A stretch of DNA of 64,000 nt from Tubiluchus corallicola (GCA_030141605.1 JAQGDQ010000001.1:620001-684000), one strand, 5' to 3'; positions 1 to 13,841 are shown, counted from the stretch's first letter. Numbers and translations are program-made. The notes: a model not told the origin generated them from the sequence alone.

Positions 1-249
1 AAATATTGAAATGAACATTTTTTTGCCACTTTTCTTACCACAAAAATAGTCTTGCCTTGCACTATTGTTTTATGCATTAGCAAGACTGTTATTTTTGCAA
101 ATATTGCTGCATCATTATCAGTCGTCCAGTATTCACGGACAACTGTATAGTATATTTTCTCACATGTATGCATTATTATTTCAAAAACCTTTATCACCAT
201 ATGTATTAAATGATATAGAATAGACATCTAGTGTTACTCATTCTTTCAG

Positions 250-434
250 CAATGAAACGCAGAGTTAGTGGACAGATTGTGCCTATAACCATACCGCCTT
301 CACTTGAACTAATTGATGACAAGGATTCTAGCCCATCTGATATGCCAAACAACTCAACTAAAAATGTTGAAGAAGCGATGTCAAAAACTAGTTCCAGTGT
401 AACAGCGAAATCTGCAATTTGTAGCATACAGTAG
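250..434 (+). CDS. INPP5E: Terminal coding exon of a prenylated protein, probably inositol polyphosphate 5-phosphatase E (upstream exons outside the window)
   Basis: Acceptor tcattctttcag ends at 249. The exon reads (A)MKRRVSGQIVPITIPP...TAKSAICSIQ* and ends in a CaaX box (CSIQ). MKRRVS and SAICSIQ resemble the recalled human INPP5E tail GIKRRIS...STICSVS. The catalytic domain is not in the window, so the identity is tentative. Confidence 0.55.
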
Positions 435-1302
435 AAATAGTGGGTTAAACAATGCAAACAAATTTTTTGTCACCTAATAATGTGGAAGTCACAATTGTTT
501 TTCTCTAGTATACTGTTTTTACCTGTGCAACTTTGTATACTTTTTATCACTTTACATTTATCTAGTCATAATATAAGTATAATGTTGTAATTATGTACAG
601 ATTTTTATAGCACTATATGGATACCCGACATTTGAACTTGATGTTACTATCAATACTATGGTTATTCACACGAGAAATAATCAACATTCACAACACTGTG
701 TAATTTGAAAAGTTCTTGTTTGAATTGTATTACTGCCAAATAAACTACTTGCCTGCGATTGTATTCTATTCTTACTTATTTTCCACCTAGACATTACTTT
801 TCTAGGGCTTAATGTACAGTGTTCATAAATTTGCAAGTTTCACATCTTCTAGTCAACATTTCACGAAATTATACTATCTACCAGGTCTGCAACACTACAA
901 AGCTTGGCATTATAACTGCGCTGGTGGTATAATATGAGAAAAATTAATATCAATGATCTACCATGGAATCCTTTATATTGGGTGGACAGAAAATGTCCAA
1001 AAGTTTTGACTACATTAATATTAGAAGCAAATGCCCTACAAAATTGAAATTTTACAGCCTGATATTACAACACATTTCACTTTTGGCTGCAAAAGTCAAG
1101 TTTACAGTTTTAGTCGTTTTTAAGTCAAGTACGCTAAAAAAATCAAATGCCAGATCAATGTCAGCAAATTATCAGCGGAAACACAGCAACGTTGATAAAT
1201 AAAGCAGTTAATATGTGGCAGCAGAATGATAACCTCTCAACCAACTTACATCATGATCTTCACCACAGAAAATAAAACATTTATAAGACTTGTCAAGAAA
1301 AA

Positions 1303-1718
1303 ATGGATTTAATTTTCTGGGTTACAGTATGCAGAATTCCATTGAAGAGAAACAGCACAGAGCCGGTTGATACAGAGAAGCTAAAAGCAAAAATTCTTAG
1401 TGCTGGAATCAAATCTCCTTTGAAGAAGTGAAAAACTTTGTAAGCTTTTGGAAGGCACTCCTTCGTCCTGTTTGCAGTGAAAATGGTGGACACATTGAGC
1501 ACTTGCTATAAATTTTAACAATAGTAACAAAATTTTTCATGCATTTATTTTTTGACTTGTTTTTCGTATATTTGTTTTTTTTTCTAAGGGAGTAACCTAA
1601 AATTTTTGATGTTTGTATACACAATCGCCCGTAATAGCAGCGTGATAATTTTCAAGCGATTCCACTATTTTCTTATATTGTTATCAAAACTTTGCCATAT
1701 TTTTTGCACTACCCGATA
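1303..1718 (+). mobile_element. Degenerate Tc1/mariner-superfamily transposase C-terminus plus probable right TIR
   Basis: With one frameshift, 1303-1511 reads MDLIFW...EKLKAKILSA/WNQISFEEVKNFVSFWKALLRPVCSENGGHIEHLL*. GGHIEHLL* is a typical Tc1/mariner end. A TIR-like tttttgcactacccgata lies at ~1701-1718. Confidence 0.6.
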
Positions 1719-3790
1719 TCTTAGTTAATATCCTGATGATTTGCTCATAAAAGGCAGTAGTACAAAATTAATGCTTTCCACACAACAGAGTTAGTAAAAT
1801 GCTAGCTACATAAATTAATCATGGAATTATGTTTCTTTTGCAACTTAAGAGCTGTTTGTTTTTGTTTGAAGGTAACAATAATGGCTGTTGTTGCAAAACA
1901 GGATTTCATTGTACATCGAGTAGGTGACACTTTTGTGAATTTGTAGCAGTCTTGTAATGTCAAATGAACTTTTGTAAATGGATTTAAGCAAGGTTGTTAT
2001 TATTCCCTCTACGGTTAAGACATGGAAATCCAAAAAGCAAAATGGGACACTGTATTATAACGGGGAAGGTGATGACATTTGATCTCGATCACTCTAAATT
2101 TGGTAATACAACATCATTTGCACTTAGCTACATACATTGAAAACAGAGAAATATCTGGATTTTAATAATAACAATAATATAATATTTACATAATTATATT
2201 AATCTTTACGCAACTAGCAATTAGATCAGGTTCATAAAACAACATGATGCAGAACTGTGTAAGAGTATCAGATACATTAACATTTTCGCCATAGACATGT
2301 TAGATATGTACATATATATGTATCCATTATGAGCTAGGAATCCAATGGTTTCATCAATTTTGATAACATATAAACACCGAATGAAAGGTATTATCAGATC
2401 ATTGATGTGTGTTCTCGCTAATTTTTCAACTTCTCGTTTTGAAAGTTTTTGTAAAAAATTTATTTTACAGAACAAGAAGTAGCTTGGACTGCTGTAGTCC
2501 ATTTGGATGGTGTGCACAACGATAGTGATTTCAGTTAAATCCCAGTTACGAGTAATGTTTTTCAGAAATTTAACTAGTCATTAAAATTATTTTCTGGAGC
2601 TGTTTACATTGCAAGTAAAAGTGTGTTTGCACTGAAGACTTGCAAGCCCAAATGACAGGCTATTACTTTAAGAACCAGCAAGAGTTCCATGATGGAGGTT
2701 ATTGTACAGGGCTTGAAAAAACTGGAAATAATCATTACTGATAACATACAAACCATTGCCAGTAGTATACCTCTGGCCACTACAGAAAAATAAAAAGCCT
2801 GAAATGAAAAGTGGGTAGAAATTTACAAATAAGCAAATCTATATAACCTAGGAAAGCAATTCTGTTACCAAGTATGTTTACAGATATCACTTTTTTAGTT
2901 CCAGATTTTGTACTTCTAAATATGCCTAACTAAATGTTAGTTTTTCATCCAATGATATTATTTTATTGTACAATGTACATGACATTTATGTATAACACAG
3001 AAGCGCACATCTAACAACAATTACTTTTACAAAGCTGTCAGAAAAACATTTCAGTAGTAAAAAAGCATTATATGGCTATTTGAAATTGTTGTAAAATATT
3101 GACAACGTTAATCTTTAACAAACCAGTTCTTACCACTCTTCATATAAAAAAGTTGTTTCGCAAGTCTATTTGTAAGAAAACACAAATGATTTTATTCAGA
3201 AAACATGCTTTGCTTGCAGTCTTAAATGAACAAAAGCAGATACTAACGTTTAAGCTAAATTTGTGCGAATTTTGAAAAGTAAATTTTGTATACATTAAAC
3301 TATCTTTGATTATTTAGAAATAACAACAATAGTTTTCAATTGCATTGTCATTTACACACAAAAAAAATTTTCAGACTATATTATATTTAAAAAATGCATG
3401 GTTTTATCTTGAAAATTCGATTAGTTCAGCATAGATGAGAAAATGTCAACAAAGAGGCACTGCTTTCAGAAAAATATTTTCCTGAATGCACCATTCATAA
3501 TTAACAACATGCATCACAAAAAGTTAAATTATAACGCATAATTACATCACCATTAAACTAAGGTAAAAATAAATAAGTAAATAACTAATAGACAATGACT
3601 AAAAATTATAATCCTGATGTCTATCTACAACGTTGTTATGAAACCTAACAAATTTTCATCAAGACAAAAGTTACAACAATGACAAATGTGACTATCAATT
3701 TAATCACAATGCGTCTATAATTAAATAAATACTGACTACAGTACTAAGTAATATATTACAAAGTGCAGCAATTATACTGTATTACTTGTG

Positions 3791-6700
3791 TTACTCACGT
3801 TCTTTAAAGAATCCATCACAGGTAGTACATTCACGAACTGTTACAGTAACACAATTTGACGTGACATCTGTAATTAGGACATTGTCCATCAGGGGATTAG
3901 ATGGGTGCCACATTCTTGGTTCCCAGCCTATATCAATACTATCTGTGTCAAGATTTTCAGCATCGGAACCTGAATGATCTGTTGCTGTGTGCTCTACCAC
4001 AGGCAACTTTGGACTGAGACTGCTGAGTCGAAGCAGAGGGGGAGGGCTTGAGAAAAATGAGACACTGTCATCAGCAAGCTTGGAAAATTTGGATTCAGGT
4101 TGGGTATCAACCGGAGAATCAAGAGAACGAGAACGTTTCAAGCTGCAGGTACTGGTATCATTTGTGTCAACACTATTTGCATCTTGTGTGTCACTGGTAA
4201 GAGATAATCTTTCCAAATCATCTCTATCATCAATTGATGACAAATTTTCACCAGCACTGGAGTATATTTCCTTGTCATTACTCTGACTGCCATGGTAAGC
4301 ATCATTGGTTGCTAAAGTTTGAGGTTTCAGTTCAGTTTTCCTTTGAGGAGTATTATTTTCAACCTTCAAAATAACAAAGTCAAATAAATGTTACCCCAAG
4401 AGAAGTTTAACAAAATTGTAAATCTCATCATGTTCATGCTACACGTATATGTACATTGCACTTTTTGTGTACATCACTATACTACATAAAAAACACAAAC
4501 GTCATTTTTGGTGAATGGAATAGCTAAAGTGGCTACAAACATAGTTAGCACTTAGCAAATGAATGGATGACCGATGAGAAAACCGTTCTGGCAGTTTTAA
4601 TATTGCTTCTAGCAATATGTACATAGATCCGAATGTGGCTAAAACACCTCTGTCATCCAGTGTCCCATCTAAGAGTATTCTTTGATCCCACTACAACCAT
4701 TTGACATTAATGGTAGAAACAATCACTTTTACAATTAGCAGATGAACCCACCCACACAGAAACACATTCATTAACATGGTACACTGTATTTTGAAGACAG
4801 ACACATTTTCCCATATTCACAATTATGAAAACTTGCTCCCTAAATGACTTACTAAAGTAACTCAGATCTTAAAAAATAGATTTGAAAACTCTTAGTACTT
4901 ACATATCCTGTAAGTTGCAAGCATACATTACTTACAATATAGATAAACTGACATTAGCAGACTATATTGTGGTACTTTAACTAGATAGAAAATTTGTTGC
5001 ATTTAGCATTCAGTCCACCAAGATTTTGCATAACTGTACGCCTATGTTTTAATCAGAGCTATTGGAAACAGTGCCATAAATGTAAAAGTAACATGTTAAA
5101 AGTATGTTACATCACCTGTTGTAAATGTTTCTTTGGTTTTGGACCTCGTTTTAGACCTGTATATCCACGCACTTGTAAACTGCAAAGAGAAACAACCATA
5201 ACCCTAATTTTCAACAAAATAATAAATGTTAGCACAAGAAAAATATACATCCTATATAGTCGAGAAGTTATCACTCGAAAGTTGAAAAAACCTATTTAAA
5301 AAGTTTGATAAACCCTTATGACATGATAAAGCACGGTATAAAACCATTCCAAAGTTAATAACCAGAACATCGTGAAGCTTAAAACAAATAAAAATAACAA
5401 TAAAATTATTAAAACCTTTTCTCAAAAGCTTTAAGCAACCTGTCATCCAGTATGTTTTCTTCTGGTTCCCAAGTGTTGTATCTAGGAAAAGTTCAAGAAA
5501 TATACAGTGTTATTACAATACATTATGAAAATATGATACGAGTATTATATTTGATTAAAAAGAGTCAGGAATCACATACTGTTTAGTGAAACATAGTGCC
5601 ATAGTAGTGTCGCCGGCTTGAGATTAATAGTATATTGTCACACTTGTTATACTTTTGTGCTGCTTAATTTTGGTCACTAAGTGCACTTTTGACTTCTCAG
5701 CTATTCCTCTCCTTCAACAATCATCAACCAAAATGTAGAACAACCTTTTTATTTTAAGTTATTGGTAATATACATATTATATATGTGATGTTTGTGCTGC
5801 GTGCCCTTAGTGATCACATGTGGACAAAAATGCCAGTAAAATAACTGTTAATTCTAGAAGTAATACTCCAGAGAAGCAAATAAATGAAAAAAGTTAAAAT
5901 TAAGCAACTGTTCACAGTTGTATACACGCTTACTATCGTTTAAAGTGAGTATATAATTATGTATATATGTCTTACTTAGGACTCCAACCTTTCCATTTTA
6001 CCAGATATTCAACTCTCCCCTGAAACAAAAAAAATGCTGTACAGCCTTTACAAAAATTTTAAATAAAATTAAAGTAATAAATGTTAACAATTTAAAATAA
6101 AATTAAAGTAATAATTTTAGACTATAAAATTTAATCATCACAGTGGCCTAGCAGCAAGTCCCTGCAGTGTTGTCCCCTTCCACTTTGGAATTCCTTTTCG
6201 GGTAAATACAGTTTTCTGAAATTTGAGCAATATGTTGGTGCTGCTAGACTAATGCCACATGGCTAGGATTATTTCACCTCTTGCTAGAGGACCCACTTAA
6301 GTATAGTTGCGCCACCAAAACATTACGCATAGCAAAACATTCACAAGTAAATCAACCAGGTCTTTAGCTTTTGTCCACCTAAAATTAGCTATGAGGAGTA
6401 CAAAATTCTAAATGGCAGCATTAAAGTGTGCTTGCTTGATGGAGGGAAATACGGCTACTGGAATAGTAATAAAAAATAAAAAGAATGAAAAATTGATCAA
6501 AATAACTGATTTTGAACTACACGAAGTGGTCGTAACAAAAACGTTTTTGTTTTACAAGTAAAAAATACAAAGCAGCACGAAATGTAGCTGTACTTTTAGA
6601 ATCCCATATTTGTCTCAAATTTAGAATTTATTATTATTTTGATAGTTGGTACACTATTTACATAAAGTACAACATATCAAGCCAGAATGTATTTGCAGCA

Positions 6701-7985
6701 CTTAACAGTAGAGCATCAACTTCCAAAAAACATGCAAATTACTAAGCTGAGATTTTATAAAAAAGTCACAATTTAACATTTCTTCCAATATCCAGGCTTC
6801 AGTAAGCTGATTACACAAAATAATTTTAATTTAAAACATTAGTTTAAGTTTTAAAAAGATTAATTTCATTTTTTTTCTCACACTGAGTTTGTCATCTATA
6901 GATCACATTACAGGTGAACAAGTGATTAAGAAAAACTATTATATGCAAAAATAATTATACCACCAATAAGTATGCCATAGTTAAATTATTTATCTAGTCT
7001 TTTCGACAACCAAGTACAAGTTGCTCATAATATAAACAACTGTCTATTCTACGTACACTCATATCTCAGTTTACCGGACCTCACTTTTACGGAAATCGGA
7101 TGAAATCTGGACAGTTAAAAGTCCCGCATACTATGGCCACAGTCCGTTGTTTCACGAGCTCACCATTAGTTGGAGGCCATCACTTTGTTTACATCACTAC
7201 ATCAGTGAAACCAAACAGCATGTAACAACATGCGTGTAGCTTGTATGTCAGAAGTGGCCAGTACTACGTTTTTGAGGCAATTGATTCTACATTACCACAA
7301 GTCTAATACACAGGGCCTACTGTATTAGCTTACAATCGGTAAATACGATAATCGGCAAATTTGGACGAAGACTTCCCACTTTTATCCAGCAAACCAAGAT
7401 ATGAGTGTACAGTTTACACTTTATAGTTATCTATATGCACTGCATAAAATGTATATAGAAACAATTTGGTTATTCGTGGACTGTTTGCATTTCTTTGAAG
7501 TTCTGCTCTCCCATATTATTAGTCACTAATAAAAAACTTTTCCCAGTACCACATCTACTTCTACAGAAGAGTGAATAAATATTTAAATTGTATTAATTAT
7601 TAACTTGTTTAACTTCCCGAACTACAGTAAGTACACATATGTGTATATTATAACAGTTACAGTATTACAGTTACATTATCATAGTATCACAGTTTTAAGT
7701 AATCAATTAGTGAATGACTTTTGTTTTGGCAGCCTGCATGGTGCTAGCAGTACGCAAAACGTTGCAGATTTACATAGTTATTAAGGCCTACAATATATTT
7801 CATATATAATAAGATGCCGAAAAAATGTTGCTCATTTTGTTAAACATATTTTTCTAGCACATGCAAGCTCTCTCACAGCTTGTCGCTTACAGTATTGCGC
7901 GCTTTTCTTATCTTACTTTTCGAATGCGTTTTTTCTCTATGCGTTCAGCAGCAAACACTCGTTCACCAACTGAGGAGAGCTCCAT
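3791..7985 (-). CDS. CBX: Polycomb/chromobox protein (CBX6/7/8-like), 271 aa, 5 exons
   Basis: Exons 7917-7985, 5976-6019, 5416-5481, 5116-5179 and 3791-4363 are all GT-AG with consistent phases (816 nt). Chromodomain: MELSSVGERVFAAERIEKKRIRK/GRVEYLVKWKGWSPK/YNTWEPEENILDDRLL. AT-hook-like motif: KRGPKPK. C-terminal Pc box: NVLITDVTSNCVTVTVREC...FF. A second in-frame ATG lies at 7991. Confidence 0.95.
7056..7407. mobile_element. pogo/Tigger-like MITE in CBX intron 1
   Basis: TIRs CACTCATATCTcaGTTTaCcGGA and TCCaGcAAACcaAGATATGAGTG, flanked by TA on both sides (7054-55, 7408-09); no coding capacity. Confidence 0.75.
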
Positions 7986-8649
7986 TTTCATTTTAAAGGT
8001 TGTAATATAACGGCAAATATGAAATTAAAAAGTCGAATTGCAAATTTTCGTTAATTCGTGGCCGTCATGATTGTTTTGTTTTCACAGTTCACCGTCACAG
8101 GCACAGCGTAGAATGAGCGCACGATTCAGTGTTGTCAAAAAAACCCGTCGGTTTTATGCACTATGGTTCTGGGCCCTAGTCACCTGTCAGTAATCAGCAA
8201 CCCATGGCTCCCTGTTGAACTACTGTATTAGCGGACAATATACGGACAAGAAATGTGTTGTGTATGAATGAATAACTTTATTAATTCAGTGTTTAATACA
8301 GTTACACAATTTGGACCCAGCGAAAATGTGGGCATCTTATTATATGTAGCTGACATACTAAGAATCGTTATAATCGTGAACAATTAGAAATAAACAAAAT
8401 CTGACCTTTAACATCAAGAAGACTCAGTATATGATGATTAAAATGTCTAACAACCAAAACAAGAAGAAGAAATAAATATAAGACTAAGAAAATGACTAGT
8501 ACAGCAAACGAAAGAGTATAAATATTTAGGTGACAGGATAAATAAAAACCACAATAATAATTATAGTAATATGTTGCGTGAAAGAAAAACAAAATTATTA
8601 ATTTTGGTAATGAAGCTAAGGTATGTACTATTCCTACTAAATGTAAATA

Positions 8650-9404
8650 AAGATGCTTGAAACTATGATAATAATAGCTTTACTGTCAATGTGAAACATG
8701 GACCAATACCAATATTAGAGGATGGAAACTATTAGAGTTCATTATAAAGCACTAAACAAACTGTTAAAAGTAAAAAGAATATACCACATTGGTTGGGAAT
8801 TACTAGCCAAAATGATGTATAGCCAATGAAACAAAGAGTATTATTCAATATTCTCAAAGAATGTGCTAAAATCAGATGATGTCAGATTAGCAAAGCAAAA
8901 TTCAATAATAGAACAGAAAGAAAGAGAATGCTCTAACCGCTGGCATGCTGAAATCATTAAAAAAAGTCATAACTGAACACCTTGCAGAAGATTTGTTACA
9001 AATAACTAAATTACAATGGACTAAGAAGGTTATATTTATACTAATCGGGGATATAGAACAGGAGTTTGAACAGAAACAAAGTTAATGTCAAAAGTAAGAT
9101 TTCTGAAAAAAAGTTATTTAAAAAAAAATCATATGTATTAACTGGTAATGAAGCTCAAGTGAGAGACTTTATGTACATTAGACTAAACATGATAGAAGTT
9201 AAAGGAAATTACCAGAGTAGTAACAAAAGTAACCTCAATTGCCCTATATGTTGTAAGGAAAAAGTACAGAACATGTGTTGGGAATGTGAGGAGCTAAAGC
9301 ACTTAAAGGTGTGGCAAGTGGATGCCAACGACATATCAAGACCGACTGGGCAAACCTTGCAGCAGGCACATGAAACTATCGAAGGAATACTCAGTTACAA
9401 ATAG
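8650..9404 (+). mobile_element. Decayed non-LTR retrotransposon 3' end (post-RT region and Cys knuckle)
   Basis: ORF 9066-9404 contains IRLNMIEVKGNY...CPIC...CWEC, typical of the C-terminal zinc-knuckle region of LINE ORF2. Upstream sequence has broken frames with LE.IHYKAL-like and P.WG.LA-like motifs. Confidence 0.6.
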
Positions 9405-12169
9405 AAAATTCAATTCAGATTTCAACAAGTGTCAAATATTGTGAATTGGTCAATTGCAAAAGCGATTCAGTGCATTGTACCTTGTACTTACATTATTTGA
9501 GCGCTTGCAACTTGGTAGAGCGGGTATTGCCGAAGCACGGCTTTACAATTTCTGATAAGGTCTATGCTCTAGTCTATAGTCTAGATAGCAATGTACTGGT
9601 GAAGAACGTGATGAGCACCGATTAAGCATAATTAGTGTGAAGTAGTTAATATACTGTTAGTTGTTTTAAGGAAAATGCTAGCAGGGTGCTTATATTATCA
9701 GAATAAATAATTTTGATTGTATTCACAAGTTTATACCAAAAACTTAAGTTATTATGAACAGCAACTAGCTCGAGGTATGAGATTAGTTCAAGTTTATAAA
9801 GTAATGGAAAAAATCTTAAGTCATAGCATAAAGTCACTATTATTAAAAAATCCACTGTGAGGTAAGAAGACATTTTGTTACTTAGCTGATGTAGACCTAT
9901 ACGGTGTAACATAACATTTGCTAGTTATTACAAAAACAACGAGTAATGGTACAGAGCAATTTATTACATCTGTAGAAGCTTTATAGCTGGCTATATAGGT
10001 TGACTGAATTTGTAGACAGCTTGAAAGTAAATTTGTAATAGGCACTTTTAGACCGTTATATGAAGTTATATGACTGGTTCACTTTGGTGGTGGAAGCAAG
10101 AAGAGAATGGGAAAACTGCATTGAACTGTCAAAAACTTCATTTCCTATTTACACACATTACTATTATTTATAGGAAAGAAAGACACACATGGTAACAACC
10201 CAGCAATAGGAAGAAGCAAAAAAACCCAAGCTGGCCTTGACAGAATTGAAACCCCAGCAGGTGCAGGTGACTGACCAGCACAGACCAAGCCTGAATTAAA
10301 ATTGGGTCAAGTTATAATAATAAATAATTTTAAGTGTAATTGGTAGTATATGTTTAATTATCTACTAGGTAGTAATACTTTTGACTGCATAAACTGAAAA
10401 ATAAAAATGTGCGACATCAGTCTTGTTGAAACAAGAGAGAATCTACCATGTTGTCAATATTATTAAATTGTGGAAGCCTCGCACAGCCTGCATAAGCATA
10501 CGGGCCGATTTTTCCAGGAGGGAGGGCTGAGCCACTTTTGACCAAAAGAAAATACAGCGTCAACCCGAAAAAGTCCCGTTATCGGGCATTTCATTTGGCG
10601 GCATGAAGAAATTTCGAGATTTCCTTTTGCGCAAAATATTATACCTTTTTTTATCGTTTGGTGATAGTCCGAAAAATTTGGTGATAGCCCGAAAAATGTG
10701 TTTGTCCGAATCCGTGTTTGTCCTCTTCCACTACATCATTACCATGTAACTTATAAAACATCTAAAGCTTTTGCACGAAAAAAATAAGTATTTTCGTGTG
10801 ATTATGTAAAACTGGAAACAAGTATATACGTGTGTAATGTAATTCACTTTGCGCGTGTGTCTAAATCCACCGTTGCTGAAAACACAGTATTAACAAGCGT
10901 TTCGCAAGAAATACAGCAAAAATACTTACACAAGAAATGCAGAAAAAAATTATTCTTATAAATACTTACAATATCAATTGATATTGATAAGTAAACATCA
11001 CTTAATTGGCTTAGTTAATTATTTATCTAGCTAGTTATAAAGAGCCAGTTATACTGATTTACAGCTTTTGAAATAAAATGCTGACATATTTTGGTAAAAT
11101 ACAAGTGCAAGCTTGTGGTGTTTTCTGCTTCGTTCATTTTAAGAGCTACACGCAAAATACTGAATTAAGGTGAAGAACTAGAAGGTGCAAAGTCGACTGG
11201 TTTTAATTGTTATATTATATATTACTGCATAATTACGTTAAATTTAGTGAACACGGTATTTCTTTAAAAAAATATTGTGAGAGTTAGGAAATTTTACCGA
11301 GTCACTAAATAAATTTTAATAAACAAAAATAAAAAATTAGGTACAACATTAAATTTTATTGATGCCCAAAAGCCCCCAACCCAAGAGTCCCGTGTCTAAA
11401 TGTCTCGTGCTCAAATCAACAAGCTGCGATGTTAGGGCCGGCCCTTATTCCTCTTGTACATAAGTAACATTTATAATGTGTCTGAAAATTTCTAATATAG
11501 TGTTGTTGTAATATATATAATAAAATATAGGGAGGATGAAGTGCAAGACTTGTAGAGTTCTTCCCCTCTCAGATTAATTAAATGAGCACGATTGTTAAAA
11601 ATTGCTTTTATAATATATTTAAACTAGTTATAAAAAGGTGATGCGCATATTAAAAATGTGTTTTAAATAAATTAAAAGGTGCACAATTAACAGCTATTTA
11701 AAACATAATGTACATAAAATGACATCAACTATCTATATTTCTCTAAATTTTTTTCTTTTTGATCCGTTTTCTACTAAAACAATTTTTAAAAACCTTATCC
11801 CCGTGCATATATCAGTTAGATCACTGCAGTTAAACTACTGGTTGAAGATCTCAAATATATATATATGTAAGTGTGAAATATGATATAAAGGAATTATGCG
11901 AAATTATCAGTCAGATCACTGCAACTACTGGTTGAAGATCTCAGATTATTGTCAGCACAATGTTAGCAGTCACGTTCATAGACTTATTGCGTTAGCGAAA
12001 CGATATGAAATTAAATATAATTACTACGCATTATCAGTGTGACGAATTTCGCAATTTTAGAAATGATAAAGGTCTTAAAAGTCATAAACTTTTTCAGTGA
12101 TAATTGTATATAAATGACGATTGACACCGACTTCGCTCACTGAATGATGATTATGAGTGGAAGCAAGGT

Positions 12170-12500
12170 GTATGTCGAAACTTTATTCCTTATTTAGAAG
12201 TACTGCCGTGTTTGTATGATAATAGTGTACTAACGGAACATTATCGTATCGTATTTCCTCGCTTTCGTATGGGCAATCATCATGATATAGCTCGTTGGTC
12301 GAAAATTAGTAGTGTGAATAGAATTTGTCGGTCATCATGTTATGCGATACTATTGAAATGCAGACATTAAAAAAGCCGTGCAATTTTGTTTTACCCAGAA
12401 CTAAATATATTAATGATTTTTCAAATTTAAATTCATTTTCTTTCAATCCCGGGTATTGAGAAAGCTAAATATTTACTAAAACTTTATAGTTTATGTAGTG
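12170..12500 (+). mobile_element. CR1/L2-like LINE 3' fragment
   Basis: Reads HYRIVFPRFRMGNHHDIARWSKISSVNRICRSSC..ILLKC, matching the RFRxxNH...GRW...RxCxxC motif at the end of LINE ORF2. Confidence 0.6.
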
Positions 12501-12616
12501 GTCGAAAAGTGAACATTCTCACTGAACAGTCGACACGCCTTTCTCCATTATTGTGTCTAACTGTGGGCAGTTATTCCATGCCATGATGGAATTACTTACT
12601 GATGCACTTTTCTGTT

Positions 12617-12739
<123 letters not shown>

Positions 12740-13049
12740 GCAATTAATGACCATAGTATACGCGAGGATTTTGCTGAGTGATTGCTAAATGTTCCTGTTC
12801 TTACTTTGCAGATATATATTTGATGATCTGATATTGAATTTTATTTCATTCTCGTTTCTACCAACTTTTCTGTTTTAACAAGTATTTCAAAACTTGCCAA
12901 AACAGTTACTTTGAGAGAATTTATCTTATATGCCAGTGTTAACACGTACATAAGGATTAGCCGCATAAAATACTCCAATTCGTCTCCATACTCATTAGAA
13001 AATAATCTACTGTAATCATTTAAGTTGAATCTCATTTCTCTCTTTGTGT

Positions 13050-13600
13050 GCAATCAGCAAGAATTTACGATCACGTCCCAACACTAACTTTAAATGCACC
13101 AGGAAAATGCAACAGAACAGTGACCAACCGATTATTGCTTCTACAATGTGTCCAGACGTTATTAATTCATAGCGTGGCTTTTTAAATTTGAAAAGGGTTA
13201 TGAATATCGCCACAAATTAGGACAAAACTTCTGGAGTTAACGGCGAAGATCTTGTCCAGACAGTCGAACAGTGTTAAATGGATTATGTACACATTTTGCG
13301 ATAGGTTTATTGTAAGCCCACACCTTGCATTAACTACTGTAACATTCATCCACTTTTTAGGCAGGAAAGTTTGTCGGTATCGTTCTGTGGAAATGCTGAA
13401 CAAAGTATGCTAAATTTGATCTTAGTCGCCGCGTTGTAGACCAACTCTTGTTGACGAAAGTTAGGAGCCTTCCTAATATAAATCTTTGTCAAATGCACAT
13501 TAAGGTTAAATTTGTACAGAGTTAAAGTCTGCCAAGAACTAAATGAAAACTGAGATACTTGTTTCCAAGACCAGGTTTTTCCTTGACAAAGTATTTATTG
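13050..13600 (-). mobile_element. Possible highly decayed Kolobok/Harbinger-type transposase fragment
   Basis: Fragmentary minus-strand frames give FP....DE, GV...LSQ...HL and a degenerate Cys/His SWIM-like stretch, with many stops and frameshifts. Confidence 0.3.
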
Positions 13601-13754
13601 TTCTTGACGGTAATGAACCCTAATCCATGAATTTGGGCTCATGAAAACAGAACACTGGATGGAATCAAATTTCTGATGCACACATTCAAAAACAATCTTG
13701 TGTGCACATAATCCTGCCATTTTAGGAACAGCGTCGAACTAATGTCATAACCAG

Positions 13755-13798
13755 GTGTGTGTGTGCGTGAGCGTGTGCGTGCGTGCGTGCGTGCGTGC

Positions 13799-13839
<41 letters not shown>
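13755..13839. repeat. (GT)n/(GCGT)n compound microsatellite
   Basis: Directly visible in the sequence. Confidence 0.97.

Positions 13840-13841
<2 letters not shown>

Noticed and set aside
11810-11945. ~45-bp direct duplication (also small ones at ~6057-6115, ~10657-10698 and ~19120-19160)
   Set aside because: Ordinary local slippage duplications with no functional signal.
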